A stretch of 64,000 nucleotides of DNA. It comes from Neoechinorhynchus agilis (lineage: Eukaryota; Animalia; Acanthocephala). The stretch spans positions 3,072,797 to 3,136,796 of the forward strand of contig CM121342.1 of assembly GCA_051530055.1 (NCBI GenBank). Direction: 5' to 3'. This document shows positions 1 through 12,500 of the stretch, piece after piece; position 1 is the stretch's first letter, and each line of letters begins with the position of its first letter. The notes beneath the pieces were generated by a model. That model was given only the letters and a program-made list of their open reading frames with translations, did not search any database and had not been told where the DNA came from. Made by a program: the position numbers and the translations under genes.

Positions 1-508
1 AAAATTGCCTTCAATTGTTCGTAATATTGGGTTTTTCTGCTCTTTATTGACTCCATTATGGCACTTTCTGTTCTTTTGGTATTCTTGGTCTTATAATCGT
101 GCTAATGTCTTTTTGTCTGCACCAATGATAAAAAATATAAGACAGGATTATTTCTTACAATTATTATATTTATTTTTCTCCTTGTTTAACTCTTCTATTC
201 TTCACTTGGAAGCAAACTTTCTATGTATTTGAGTGCATAAATTGATCTTGTTGATTAATGTGTTCTGTTAAGTCGAAACGATTGAAACTTTTTTAATTGC
301 GCGTAGTTTTAGAAGATTGACAAACTGAAGATCAATTTTTGAGTTAAATCTGATTTATTGAAGCTGATCATTTTTCGATAGGTCACAAAATCTACTTAGA
401 TTTCCTAAAAGATACCAGACTGAAGATGACCGCTTGCATTTCCTTTATGTCGTCTCGTCAGGATAAAAAAATTACATAATTTTCTCTTTTATTAGAATTG
501 CAGACACG

Positions 509-3115
509 ATGAAACTCAGTTTGATTCGACAACTAAAGCTCTTGCCTTCGATTTCACGTCTGAATCGTTTTGCGGCTCATAAAGCAAAATCAACTTCATC
601 TCCTTCCTCATTTGAGGAAGATGAAAAATTACAGGTACAACGACAACGTTTAAAAGAAAAGATCGATAAGCGTCAATGGATTCGACTTTCTGATATTCCG
701 ATTCAAGACCGTCAAAAGTACCAACAAACAATGCTTATGCTCCGTTTGGTAGAAGTAACGAGTTCATTGGCACAGATTGGTCTTGGAACTGCCATTGTTT
801 ATTTCCTTTATAAAAAAGCAACCGGAAATAAAGATAAAAAGAAGACAGTGACTGCTTTTGATGTATTTACAACCAAGTCCGGTTGTGTATTGCCAAAGGT
901 TAATCAATCGGAGGCAGACGAGTCGGACATTTCAATTGATCGGCTCAAGTCTAACGATGTCGTAATCACAGGAATGCCTCGATCTGGTGAGACGACTATA
1001 CTTTTATATTTTTATCTGTGACATTTTCAGGAATGTCTCTGGTGAGGGAGATTGCTTGGCTTTTGCGAAACCATTGTGATTTGGAGAAAGCAAAGAACAT
1101 TTTATCGGATATTAGGACTCCTTGTCTACACCGGACGCTTGCTGGAGATCCAAAAGGGTTCCTAATCGAATACACTGAAGACGAAACTAATTCTGGGATC
1201 TATACTAGTCTTATTCCTTTAATTGCAGGTATTTTAAGAGTAGGAAGTTTCTCTCTTATTTTAAAAAGGTTACAAATGAGCGTGGTTTTATTTTTTAATT
1301 CTCGCCTAATCGAGGTTAATACTTCTTTGACTTGAAGAACAACGAGTTTTTAAGCTGTTAAGACAAGCAGAAATGTTACGAGACCGAAATTTATTTTACA
1401 TGGGAGCTAAAAACACTCAAATTGGACACCATGGGACATTTAATGTAGGCACTTATCTCTTTTTTGTTGTCGATTCGCACTGTCCTACTCTTCGGTCCAT
1501 TATTCTCTAGCTTCTTTATGCATTCCCAAGACTTTCCTTTTAACCTCAATGCCCCAATCAACACCTCCTTTCACAAGTTCCTTTTAAGAGAATTCTTTGT
1601 CGCAAGACATTCCCATAAACATTCTTAGCAATACACTTTCTATCGCAAAAGCATTCTCGGATTTCTCATCTTTTCTTAGTTATTCTTTATTCCCAATGAA
1701 ACAGATATGTTTATTAAGATTATGTTGCAATCGGACTTACGACAATAAACTTACTCGGGAGTTTCCTTTTTGGTCAGGAATGGTGAGACATCATTCACTT
1801 CTCTATACCGCATTATCATTCCTCTGCTATGCAATTTACATTCTCCGTATGTTTTGCAGACGTCTCATCTTCCCCTCGTGGCATCATTCACATCCACTGA
1901 TTCTCCTTTTTCCTTATTATCCACCAAGTTCTTCATCACTTCTTTTTTTGCGCCTGCTCTTACTACCGTCTCTCACTCCGAAGATATTTTCCTAAAATCG
2001 ACCGATTCCTTAACTTGTATGTTTCTGCTTGAATCCATATTCAACTCCCTTAAAATAATCAATTCCCTGTGGTAATTGGAGAACAACTAAGGTACTCAAT
2101 AACTCAACTGAACCTTAATAAGTTTCCTCTTTATTTCAAGCATCCAAGTTGCGATATTTTAAAAAATTTACCCATTAATTTGGGTCTATAATCTTCCTTG
2201 GGATTTGGTAAAAGAAGTCGAAATACTCTGAATCCGGGTTATTATTTAGGATGTTAGAACGCTAAGAAGCCTAACGTTGTAGCGTTAAATAGATGCAAAA
2301 TTATAATGGTTTCTTATTTCATAACATTAGACAGGCTTTCCATTTATTTTCTTAAACGAAATATCTGAAATACCTGCCAGAAACGCTTCAAATCAAAAAC
2401 TCCCTACTAACATCAAAGTAAAATTTCTCAGTGTTAAACAATCTGCTCCACACATTCTGCTCATATTTGTCAGATAATCTGTTGTGTGCGGAATCCCTAT
2501 GATGCCGCAATATCCGGATACAATGCTTTGAAAAAGACTAAGAATGATATCGTACCGCTTGGAGACTTCTTGAAAAAATCCGTTTTAAATGGAGGTATGA
2601 CTTTTTTTTACCTTTTTCATTGATCATAAAGTTCACGTACACAAAAAAGAGTCATTATACGGACCATGGTGGAGAGCCTTGGAAGCTGCCCTCGAAATCA
2701 AATGTCTGGTCATTTCATTTGAAGATTTGATTGAAGATACGGAAGGAAAAATTAGGCAGATAGCTGATTATTTAGAGCTAGACGTCTCGGATGACAAAGT
2801 CAGTCGAATAAAGGAATGGATTTCCAAGTCAAACTTTTGGAATCAGCCTTGTACGAACCTTAGTTGGCTATCTCTTACATCGTTGCTAAAAAAGGGGGAA
2901 ACAATTATGGGTCCAACAGGTCTATATTATGATTTTTAACAAACAATTATTCAATCATTTATTTAGCAACTATGGAGAACTTTAATGGACAATATGGATA
3001 TGCGTACGACACTGATAAATTCGGTAAGCTTGTTGCGGATAAATTGGGTTCTTGGAATGCAAAGACAAGTACAGTAAATATTCATGCACTGCGTAAATCT
3101 GGAATTTTGTTGTAA
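509..3115 (+). CDS. Sulfotransferase (cytosolic SULT-type domain) with N-terminal extension; multi-exon
   Basis: Manual splicing at GT-AG introns (987-1030, about 1240-2330, about 2418-2474, about 2596-2630, about 2921-2967) gives DVVITGMPRSG|MSLVREIAWLL (5'-PSB-like), IICCVRNPYDAAISGY (3'-PB-like RNPxDxxxS) and LVISFEDLIEDTEGKIRQIADYL. Stop TAA at 3113-3115. The donor of the long intron is uncertain. Confidence 0.8.
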
Positions 3116-3189
3116 AGGTGATTCCGAATAAACATAAAAGTTACAGGTAATATCTTTATAACTTATGTTTAACTAAATATCCCAAGATA

Positions 3190-5205
3190 CTTTTATTTTC
3201 TAATCATTGTAGAGCTTACAGTCTTAATAATAAATTGTTTAGCTGTCTTAGTGCCAGATAAAAAGGGCCAGTGTAATTTTTTTCTAATTTCTAATAATTG
3301 TAGAGCTTACAGTCTTGCTGATAAATTATTTAACTATCTTTGTGCAAAAGAAAAAGGTTCAGTATATTTTTTTTCTAATTTCTAATCCTTGTAGAGCTTA
3401 CGGTCTTAATGATAAATTGTTTAACTATCTAAGTGCAAAAGAAAAAGGTTCAGCATAATTTTTTTCTAATTTCTAATCCTTGTAGAGCTTACGGTCTTAA
3501 TGATAAATTGTTTAACTAACTTAATGCAAAAGAAAAAGATTCAGTATATTTTTTTCTGATTTCTAATCCTTGTAGAGCTTACAGTCTTAATGATAAATTG
3601 TTTAACTATCTTTGTGCAAAAGAAAAAGATTCAGTATATTTTTTTCTGATTTCTAATCCTTGTAGAGCTTACAGTCTTAATGATAAATTGTTTAACTAGC
3701 TTAATGCAACAGAAAAAGGTTCAGTATAATTTTTTTCTAATTTCTAATCCTTGTAGAGCTTACAGTCTTAATGATAAATTGTTTAACTATCTTTGTGCAA
3801 AAGAAAAAGGTTCAGTATAATTTTTTTCTAATTTCTAATCCTTGTAGAGCATACAGTCTTGCTGATAAATTGTTTAACTATCTTTGTGCAAAAGAAAAAG
3901 GTTCAATATAATTTTTTTCTAATTTCTAATCCTTGTAGAGCTTACAGTCTTAATGATAAATTGTTTAACTATCTTTGTGCAAAAGAAAAAGGTTCAATAT
4001 ATTTTTTTCTAATTTCTAATCCTTGTAGAGCTTACAGTCTTAATGATAAATTGTTTAACTATCTTAGTGCAAAAGAAAAAGGTTCAGTATAATTTTTTTC
4101 TAATTTCTAATCCTTGTAGAGCTTACAGTCTTAATGATAAATTGTTTAACTATCTTTGTGCAAAAGAAAAAGGTTCAGTATAATTTTTTTCTAATTTCTA
4201 ATCCTTGTAGAGCTTACAGTCTTAATGATAAATTGTTTAACTATCTTTGTGCAAAAGAAAAAGGTTCAGTATAATTTTTTCTAATTTCTAATCCTTGTAG
4301 AGCTTACAGTCTTAATGATAAATTGTTTAACTATCTTTGTGCAAAAGAAAAAGGTTCAATATAATTTTTTTCTAATTTCTAATCCTTGTAGAGCTTACAG
4401 TCTTAATGATAAATTGTTTAACTAGCTTAATGCAAAAGAAAAAGGTTCAGTATAATTTTTTTCTAATTTCTAATCCTTGTAGAGCTTACAGTCTTAATGA
4501 TAAATTGTTTAACTATCTTTGTGCAAAAGAAAAAGGTTCAATATAATTTTTTTCTAATTTCTAATCCTTGTAGAGCTTACAGTCTTAATGATAAATTGTT
4601 TAACTATCTTTGTGCAAAAGAAAAAGGTTCAGTATAATTTTTTTCTAATTTCTAATCCTTGTAGAGCTTACAGTCTTAATGATAAATTGTTTAACTATCT
4701 TTGTGCAAAAGAAAAAGGTTCAGTATAATTTTTTTCTAATTTCTAATCCTTGTAGAGCTTACAGTCTTAATGATAAATTGTTTAACTATCTTTGTAAAAG
4801 AAAAAGGTTCAATATAATTTTTTTCTAATTTCTAATCCTTGTAGAGCTTACAGTCTTAATGATAAATTGTTTAACTAGCTTAATGCAACAGAAAAAGGTT
4901 CAGTATAATTTTTTTCTAATTTCTAATCCTTGTAGAGCTTACAGTCTTAATGATAAATTGTTTAACTATCTGTGTAAAAGAAAAAGGTTCAGTATAATTT
5001 TTTTCTAATTTCTAATCCTTGTAGAGCATACAGTCTTGCTGATAAATTGTTTAACTATCTTTGTGCAAAAGAAAAAGGTTCAGTATAATTTTTTTCTAAT
5101 TTCTAATCCTTGTAGAGCATACAGTCTTGCTGATAAATTGTTTAACTATCTTTGTGCAAAAGAAAAAGGTTCAGTATAATTTTTTTCTAATTTCTAATCC
5201 TTGTA
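3190..5205. repeat. Tandem satellite, about 90-91 bp unit, about 22 copies
   Basis: Unit ...TTTCTAATTTCTAATCCTTGTAGAGCTTACAGTCTTAATGATAAATTGTTTAACTATCTTTGTGCAAAAGAAAAAGGTTCAGTATAA...; TTGTAGAGC recurs at 3751, 3842 and 3933 (91-bp spacing). Confidence 0.97.
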
Positions 5206-6800
5206 AGCGTCCATATGATCTTGGACATACATAAGAATAGCTATTAACGTATTGGGAAAAGGCGCTTTTATAAGAACTAAAACTATTTAGTAAAACTTAC
5301 AATTGCTAATATGTAGCGAAATCCGTAGGATAAGACTAAAATTGACTTCGGTATTATTAATTCATTTTGGTCCCGCATCTCCAAATATAACTTATTATTT
5401 ATTAGAGATTGTTGTTTTCGTCGTTTCTTGTTGTGCAATTTGAAGTCACCAAGGTATGCGAGAATTCGGAATATCCAACAATAATGTTGATCGGACATCT
5501 TTTTATCGAAAATAATAACTTATATAGGGACATGCAATTTCTTGAATTTGTGTAATAATCTGCGAATGCTCCACGCCTTCTTTTAAGAAGCAAAATAATT
5601 TTTAATCCTTTTGAAGTATTCAAAGTCTTGGCATTTGCTTGCACCTAAAATAATATTAAATCTGCATTGCAAAAGTCATGATCCACCGCATTGATTGGCG
5701 CAAAACTTTAGACTCAATGCCAATGGTTTTAATTTAGAATTTTATTCTGAACACAGTAATTCTAGGTACCCATAGTTAAGTCATGGCAATTTCTCTATTT
5801 TTTAATTCCACTAACCAATGATATTTCCTAATAAAATAGTTCGGATTTTCGCACAAAATCTCTTTAGAAAAAAGTTTAAATTTCTGTCAATTAGAGAGTG
5901 ACCATGCACCGCTTTCGTCGGGTTGGAAGGGCAATAGTCTAATATGAATTAGTAAACAGTTAAACGCAAAAAATGTATTATTAGGGCGAAAAAGGCATTT
6001 CTAGTAAAGAAATTGACCCGAATCCCCAAAGGATAAATCCATTTCAAAAAACATTACTTATTTTCATCAATGAATAATATTTTTGTTCCGGAATTTGCAT
6101 CAAATGCTGACAAGCGTTAAAGGTTGGTTTCATTTATGTGTCTTGACTTTTTATGATTGTCCTAAAATAAGCTCTAAGATTGGAAAATGTCACATAAAAG
6201 CAATTTCCTCAATCTACACAGGAGTAGACCTTGTCAAAACATTAAAAGGTGCACTATATCACTGCCATACGAAAACGCAACCTGCTAAGACTCAATATTG
6301 ACTATCTCAAAACGAGTTTGATCCAAACTACCCCTCTGAAACCATTATAGATTAAGTCGAGAGAGCACTTTTTCGCAATAGTGCTTTCATTATGAAGATT
6401 TTTTCGCTTGTTCTCAGCGATTGCCACTACCGACACCCTTTATCTACAAACAAAGTGTCCCAAATTTTCATAAAACCAAAGCAAGAGAAGTAACGATAGA
6501 TGACTGTCGGAACATTCGTCAACTTAATGATTGATTAGTCACGAAAAATGGATTTCCAGGCCATACTGAAATTATGTGAGCGATCCTATGGAAGATTTTT
6601 ATGATTTTGTGAATTTCTCTTTATATATTTCTACGTTTCACCCACAGCGTTCAAATTTAAAAACATTAATCTATATGTATATGTAAGTATCTCTCTATGA
6701 TAATTTGGAAGATCTTTTTGTTTTTTCAGAACAAAAAACAAATAGTCCAGCCATTTAGCACCGATTAAGTTTTTTGTTCATATGGATTAACTATATCGGA

Positions 6801-8823
6801 TCAGCGGTTGTGACTAGGATGCTTCTTGAGATGTCTGTCCAGGTTTGTATGCTGTGCAAACTGTTTTTCACATCCGTGGCATTTATAAGGACGCTGATTT
6901 AGATGGATACTTCGGACATGGCGTTGGAGATTAGATGATATTGAGAATCGACGGCTACAGTGCTCACATTTGTATGGTTGTTCTCCGGTGTGTGTTCGTA
7001 AATGCCGTGTCAGATTATACCGTTGATTTTTCGAAAAGAAACCATTTCATGAAGAATCAACGGGTAGCTGAACGTGGAAACTGTTTGCTACAATGGGGGC
7101 ACTCGTGGATAGTTGATTGAGTTGGTATACCAGCATTACTTCGTCCTTGTAAGGCATTCGAATGGTTACTAGAAGGACTGGACGGATCCGGAACGTTGCC
7201 ATTTGAGATAGCTGGTTTCTTAAGCAGACTACAACTCATGGTATTTTTCCGTCGCTTACGGTTTTCGACTTCTGGTGGAACGGGCGGAATTGCGGCAGCA
7301 GTTTGAATATTGGCTATTTCTGAAGATGATCCAGATGAAGGATGACGATGTTGACTAAGATCAAGTGGCTGATCGTCAGTTCGCTTTGTATCTGTTGACT
7401 GTAGGTTGCTGCTATTGGTGGTGGTGGTGGGGATGTTTGCGTTTGCCATCGGTGTCGAATGGAACAGGTTGACTGATTGGAACGGATTCTGGACTCCAGC
7501 TTGTGCAACGAGATTAAGAACGATTTGACACATTCGATGGAATTCTCTGTAGTCATTGTGTTGCAGCATTAAAGGATTCCCAGCGAATCCGTTTGTGATA
7601 AAGGAGATTATGTTTTGATGGAACTGTGCCGCTTGGAGGTTCAGATGATGGGTTGGTGGCATGTAAGCGGTGGCCACTGGCGCCTGTTGTTGGCTTACAA
7701 CTACTGGATTTGGTGGGACTATGTGAATAAAAAATAGGTGAGAAGTGTTTTTCCAACGGCAAGAATAACAGGACGAACCTTGTTGATTTGTATGCTGAGC
7801 GATTGAAGTGCTATGTTTATTTTTGTGTTGTTGTTGTTCGACTAGATGAGTTCGTTTGTGTCGACAAAGGTTTGAAGGTTGTGTATAGGACTTATCGCAG
7901 ATCTAAAGGTTTTTTAGGGTTACAAAACGGCATCTCTGTTTCTCTTTAAGGCATTCTATGGTTGAACCGAGAGAGAGCAGGAATTGGATCATTTATAAAT
8001 GTCGTTGTGTGCACGCGTTGATCATTACCGCCACACTAAGAGAAACTCTTCATCTTTACTGGGAGTTGGAGTTACATGGCGGCACAGTAGTTGGACACCG
8101 CGCGGTAGCATCGGCGTGACAAAAAAGTGTGTGATGAACATCCCTTAATGGGTTCAACGAGCAGAACATCATGATCGTTTTCACGGCAAGAATGAGTGTT
8201 TGGCCTTGATGATGGGGAAAGCATAAGATGACTCGCATGCACATACACACAAAGACGTCCTATTATTCAGTTCAAAATGCTCCATTTAGATCTGGGGTGC
8301 TGCTCTAATGAATCATACAGGCGCCGACGATCCGTACAATTCCTAAAACCACCACCCCCGTACCGCTTCAAGGATAATGGAGTGAGCCAAAAGTAGTGGA
8401 AGGAGTCATTGCTCAAAAATAAAAAGGAAAAAAAACTGATTCGGTGTTGAGGAGACCCAATGAGTCACAAGCAAACACGAAGATGAGAAGAGTCACTCAC
8501 CTGACATGTATATGGCCGATTACTCTTGTGAACGTTCATGTGCTGCTTTAAACCCGATTGGGACGCAAAGCTCTTCGAACATATCTTACAATTGAACTTA
8601 GAATCCTTGACATACTCCTCGTTCAATGGAGCTACTGTTGAACTGTTCTCTTGTCTATTGTTATCGTCTTCATTAACCGTGGAACTCGTGACGCCCTGAA
8701 CACCATTAACTCCGGATTCGCCACTCGAAGCTGACTTTGTAGACTCGTCGTTGTTGTTGTTGTTGTTCATCCCAGTAGTTGTTATTTGATGTGAAGAGGA
8801 TGCTATGATCATTTCATCAACTG
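6801..8823 (-). CDS. MECOM: Evi1/MECOM/PRDM16 (hamlet/egl-43)-like C2H2 zinc-finger transcription factor; 5' exon(s) not resolved
   Basis: Exons encode [33 protein letters not shown]|[19 protein letters not shown] and a C-terminal cluster [14 protein letters not shown]^[66 protein letters not shown], matching the two Evi1-family finger clusters. GT-AG introns at about 7909-8500 and about 7724-7779; one non-canonical insertion at 7016-7066. Confidence 0.88.
7016..7066 (-). other. TA-bounded, inverted-repeat-ended exon insertion #1 (49 nt removed)
   Basis: Minus strand: TCA GC[TA] C CCGTTGATTCTTC...GAAAAATCAACGG TA [TA]AT CTG. Removal leaving one TA gives TCA GCT AAT CTG (S-A-N-L). There is no AG in the insert. 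Confidence 0.9.
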
Positions 8824-11249
8824 AAACAATGGGGACAACGAAATATACTCATCTGTGGTGGTAACGGCGGTTTCTGTATAGCAAATCCAAAAAATGTACT
8901 TGGGATAACCGAATTATAGACATAATAAAGGAGGTATCAAGTAGCTTATACACACAATCTAATAACATCCTCCCACCCCCCAACTCATGAATATGTATTT
9001 ATGAACAATATGAAAAAAAAGGTCGGTCTAATCTTTAAGAAAAAGAATTATTAAGGACCGCTTATTAGGATCTATTTGGAAGGAAAAATGCGTTGAACAT
9101 CCAGTCTGGGCGAGCAGTCTTTCAACGACGTTCAAGGGCGCCTACATAAATGTCAGCTTAAGTCGTGCTGAGCATTGTGAGTCAAAGCCTAGACTCAATT
9201 TTTTAGGTTTTCGAGAAACAATGAAAAAGGGAGCAGCCACTTCTCAGCAAGTCGGATGAGCACGGATTACAAGGAAGGGCATCGCTCTTCATCCTCGCGG
9301 TAGACTTCTCCAAATGGTGTATAAAACACCATGTCTATTTGGCACCAATAATGGATAAACACTCGAGACATCCTGTTGAAGAAAACCAACTATAAATCAA
9401 AAGGCCAAAAGCCTCTTAATGTCGACCGCACATGAAAGATGATATCAAATTCGACGAAAGGCGTGTAAATCTTCGCCATCCGGATTATTGGTAAAGTTGC
9501 CCTCTCAATAAATCTACAAACTAGTTTAGAAGTTTGAAAAATTTATCGCCTTCTTCAAAACTTCGCAATATGATAGGATTATGTCGAAAAAATACAAATC
9601 TAAGGTGTTTTGAAACAGAAAATAGACTGAAATTTAAGCCCAAAACGTATAGAATATACGAATTAGAGAGGTAGCGAAGGAACACATTACTGAAAATGCC
9701 GATTCGACTGGAAAATAATCAAATATTTACTATTTTGTAGCAAACCAAATTCCCAAGCAAATACAAATTTTCTAAAAGTCTTGTTTATGAGTAAAATGGT
9801 TTACACACAAAAAACAAATAGTATTTGTAAGATCAATAAATGGCGCTACTCACATTTTTCCATAATCTTAACAAAAAAGGTAGAATGTAGAATTCGTTAA
9901 AAAGTCATAAAATGTTGCCGTTGAACATTTGAAACGATTCTCAGGTGAAACATTATCACCAACGTACTCGAGATAAAAAAGATTCTTGACATTCACTGTC
10001 AGGTTTTTGAAGACAATGGCTGTTTCCTAGCGAGGTGTGCAACTTATCACTAAAGTTAAAAGATGACATTGTGACAAGAATTTAAATATTTGAACCAAAA
10101 ATATAGTTGAGAAAAAGTTTAAAATTGTGAAAACTCGTGGATGATTTTTTTTATGTTGGGCACCGAAATTATATATTCTGACTTTAAAAGAAGAGAATGA
10201 AATTGAATTTATTAAAGACACGTTTCAACTGTGAAATTTCGGTGATTTACCCATAAAATTTAAGCAACAGCCTTTAGACATTGACGATCAAGGGGACTCG
10301 TTCGATTAAACTCAACGACCATTTAAAGAAACTGGACACCCCACGCACACGAGCCTCAATGTTTACGAAGATTAAATTCATCCAATAGACCGGGATCGCT
10401 AGCCGTCACCATGATGATGATGATGTTTGAAATAGATTCATTAATTTCATCGAAATTTATCCCAGCTCGGGTTAACACGCATTTCACAGTTGGACACCAT
10501 AACACCGAGACGCATTAGTGGCATAATTGATAAATGTAGAATTTGAACTTTTGAAATTAAAACTCTTTAAAGGAATATCTGTAACAAAAATGTTGGACCT
10601 AAGGTAAAATAGATTTCACCCTTTATGAAGGCATGAATAATGCTCTGTCTTCTTCTCTTGGTTTATCGCGAAGGACCGCCAAGAGAAGATGATGGATTTA
10701 ATTTCCGTTCCCTCAAGGCTGCCATCTTGCACGAAAATAAATGACCCCTTTTCTACACGAATTTGAATTATTTTAAAGCTACCGTGGATAATCATTCGGG
10801 ATGGTTGGTGGTAGTGGTGAATATAATCCCAGTTTAAAGGAATCTGTAACTACCACTGATATTTGTTATAGGTGGAATCATGTCGGTGAAGTTCTGACCG
10901 TTTGAGGTTTCAATAATGTCCTCGTTGCAGTAACAAGAAGTCTGTAAATTTAAAGAAATACGATAGTTTACTACGGTCTATTTAATGTCTCCCGTTAAGA
11001 CAATTAGTGCATAGGGGGAGGAAGCGTGTTTCTTCTTTTTTCTCATCTTACTGGTCAACATTGTTTTACTCCATCTACTCGTTTTTAGACCGATCGAATT
11101 TTTTTTGTGGACTATGGGTTTCAAGATTACGAGGACGATTTCTCTCTCGAGTTCTCAACATAATTTCTCATCACACAAAGTACAAGTGTCATCAGCCAAA
11201 CAGTTTAGACTAATCAACGTCTTAAAGACCTGTACGACGATATGATCGA

Positions 11250-12500
11250 TTAATCAATCAATAAATTGCGGTCTGACAAGAGGGGTGTCCATTTCGTCTC
11301 CTTCCCAAAATGGGCGTAGAGGTCACCCCTCCCCCCCCGCCTATTATAAGCAGTATTAACCCGGCAAATTTTTTTTGCGTGAGCCATGGATGTTGATGTA
11401 GTGTCTCGTGTTGGATATCTTCGTCGATATCAACTACACCCATCACCATCTCTTGCTCTGATCAAATATTAGTCTCATCTTTACACACAGCCCACAAAAG
11501 CAGTGTCTCGGTATGTGTGTGTGTGTATTCTCGGTATGGTGGCATCATGCAGTGGTGGTGGTGGTGGTGGTTGTGCTGGGTGTAAACTGAATGTGGAGCG
11601 AGTTATCTATTTTTCTAAGCGAGCTGTACCGACCGCCTCACTTGCATTTGAAATGCTTTTATACACGGCAACACAAACTAGAGCAAATGAGGCGTCTAAA
11701 CTCATCACCAGGACAACTACTGGTGGTGGTGGTGGTGGTGGTGAAAGGAGAACGGTGATTTTGGTTGTTCATGAAGGAGCGAGCTGGTGAGTGTACCAGT
11801 GTGACTGTGAACAAAAACTATTGCTCAAGAATTCGACATTTAAGAGGAGGAGGAAGCCATAAATACCTGTCTTTGTGCATTTGGGAGAGCCAATTTCTCA
11901 GAGTTTAAGACACATTTGAATACGCCGACAAAAGAGCGTAGAAATCATCCTGCTGTGCGTGAACTCAAAATCACCAGGGTGATAGTACTTTCTCTTTTCT
12001 TCAAAGAACCTGTTGGAGTTTCACGTTTATGGAAAGAGAGAAATTTTAGTATAGTCCCGGGTGTGCTTTATATAGAGCGAGAGAGCTTGACAGTGGTGCG
12101 CTGCCGCGTTACCTTAGACTATATACTTTTAGAGCACCACCACCACCACCACCACCGGAATAGTCTGCTGTTTCGCCGCCGCCGCCACCGAGTTGGAGTC
12201 GTTTGTGTGTAGCGGAGGCAGCGGTGCTGGTGGTAGTAAAATGAAATGGATGAGAGAGAGAAGAGAAGAGCACGGCGGCAACAGACTGTCGTCAGTTTGA
12301 GATAATTGAAGTCTTTGAGACTCTTGAGAACGAAGAGCCCCATCCACCAGCTGATGCTCTCGTAGTTGTCATGATCTTCTCTCTCGCTCTACAATAGAAA
12401 TGGAGTGCAAAGACACGAGCCAACACCAACAAAAACCGAAATGGTGGAGGCGGCGGCAACTGCGTGGTATCTAATTTTTCTACCAAACTAAAAGACACTC
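11250..12500. other. GC-richer, microsatellite-rich (GGT/CAC/GA) region; possible upstream exons or promoter of the MECOM-like gene
   Basis: (GGT)n and (CAC)n runs. Minus-strand TATATAAAG near 12070 and a donor-like ACAG|GTATTT near 11866. No reading frame could be linked with confidence. Confidence 0.25.

Noticed and set aside
1240-2330. Long sulfotransferase intron as a hidden TA/TIR element or gene (ORFs 1597-1995 and 1770-2075)
   Set aside because: It has GT-AG ends and no terminal pairing was found; the ORFs lack recognisable motifs.
11500-12500. ORFs with poly-Gly, poly-His, poly-Val or poly-Trp runs
   Set aside because: These are by-products of (GGT)/(CAC) microsatellites, open in several frames, with no domain evidence.
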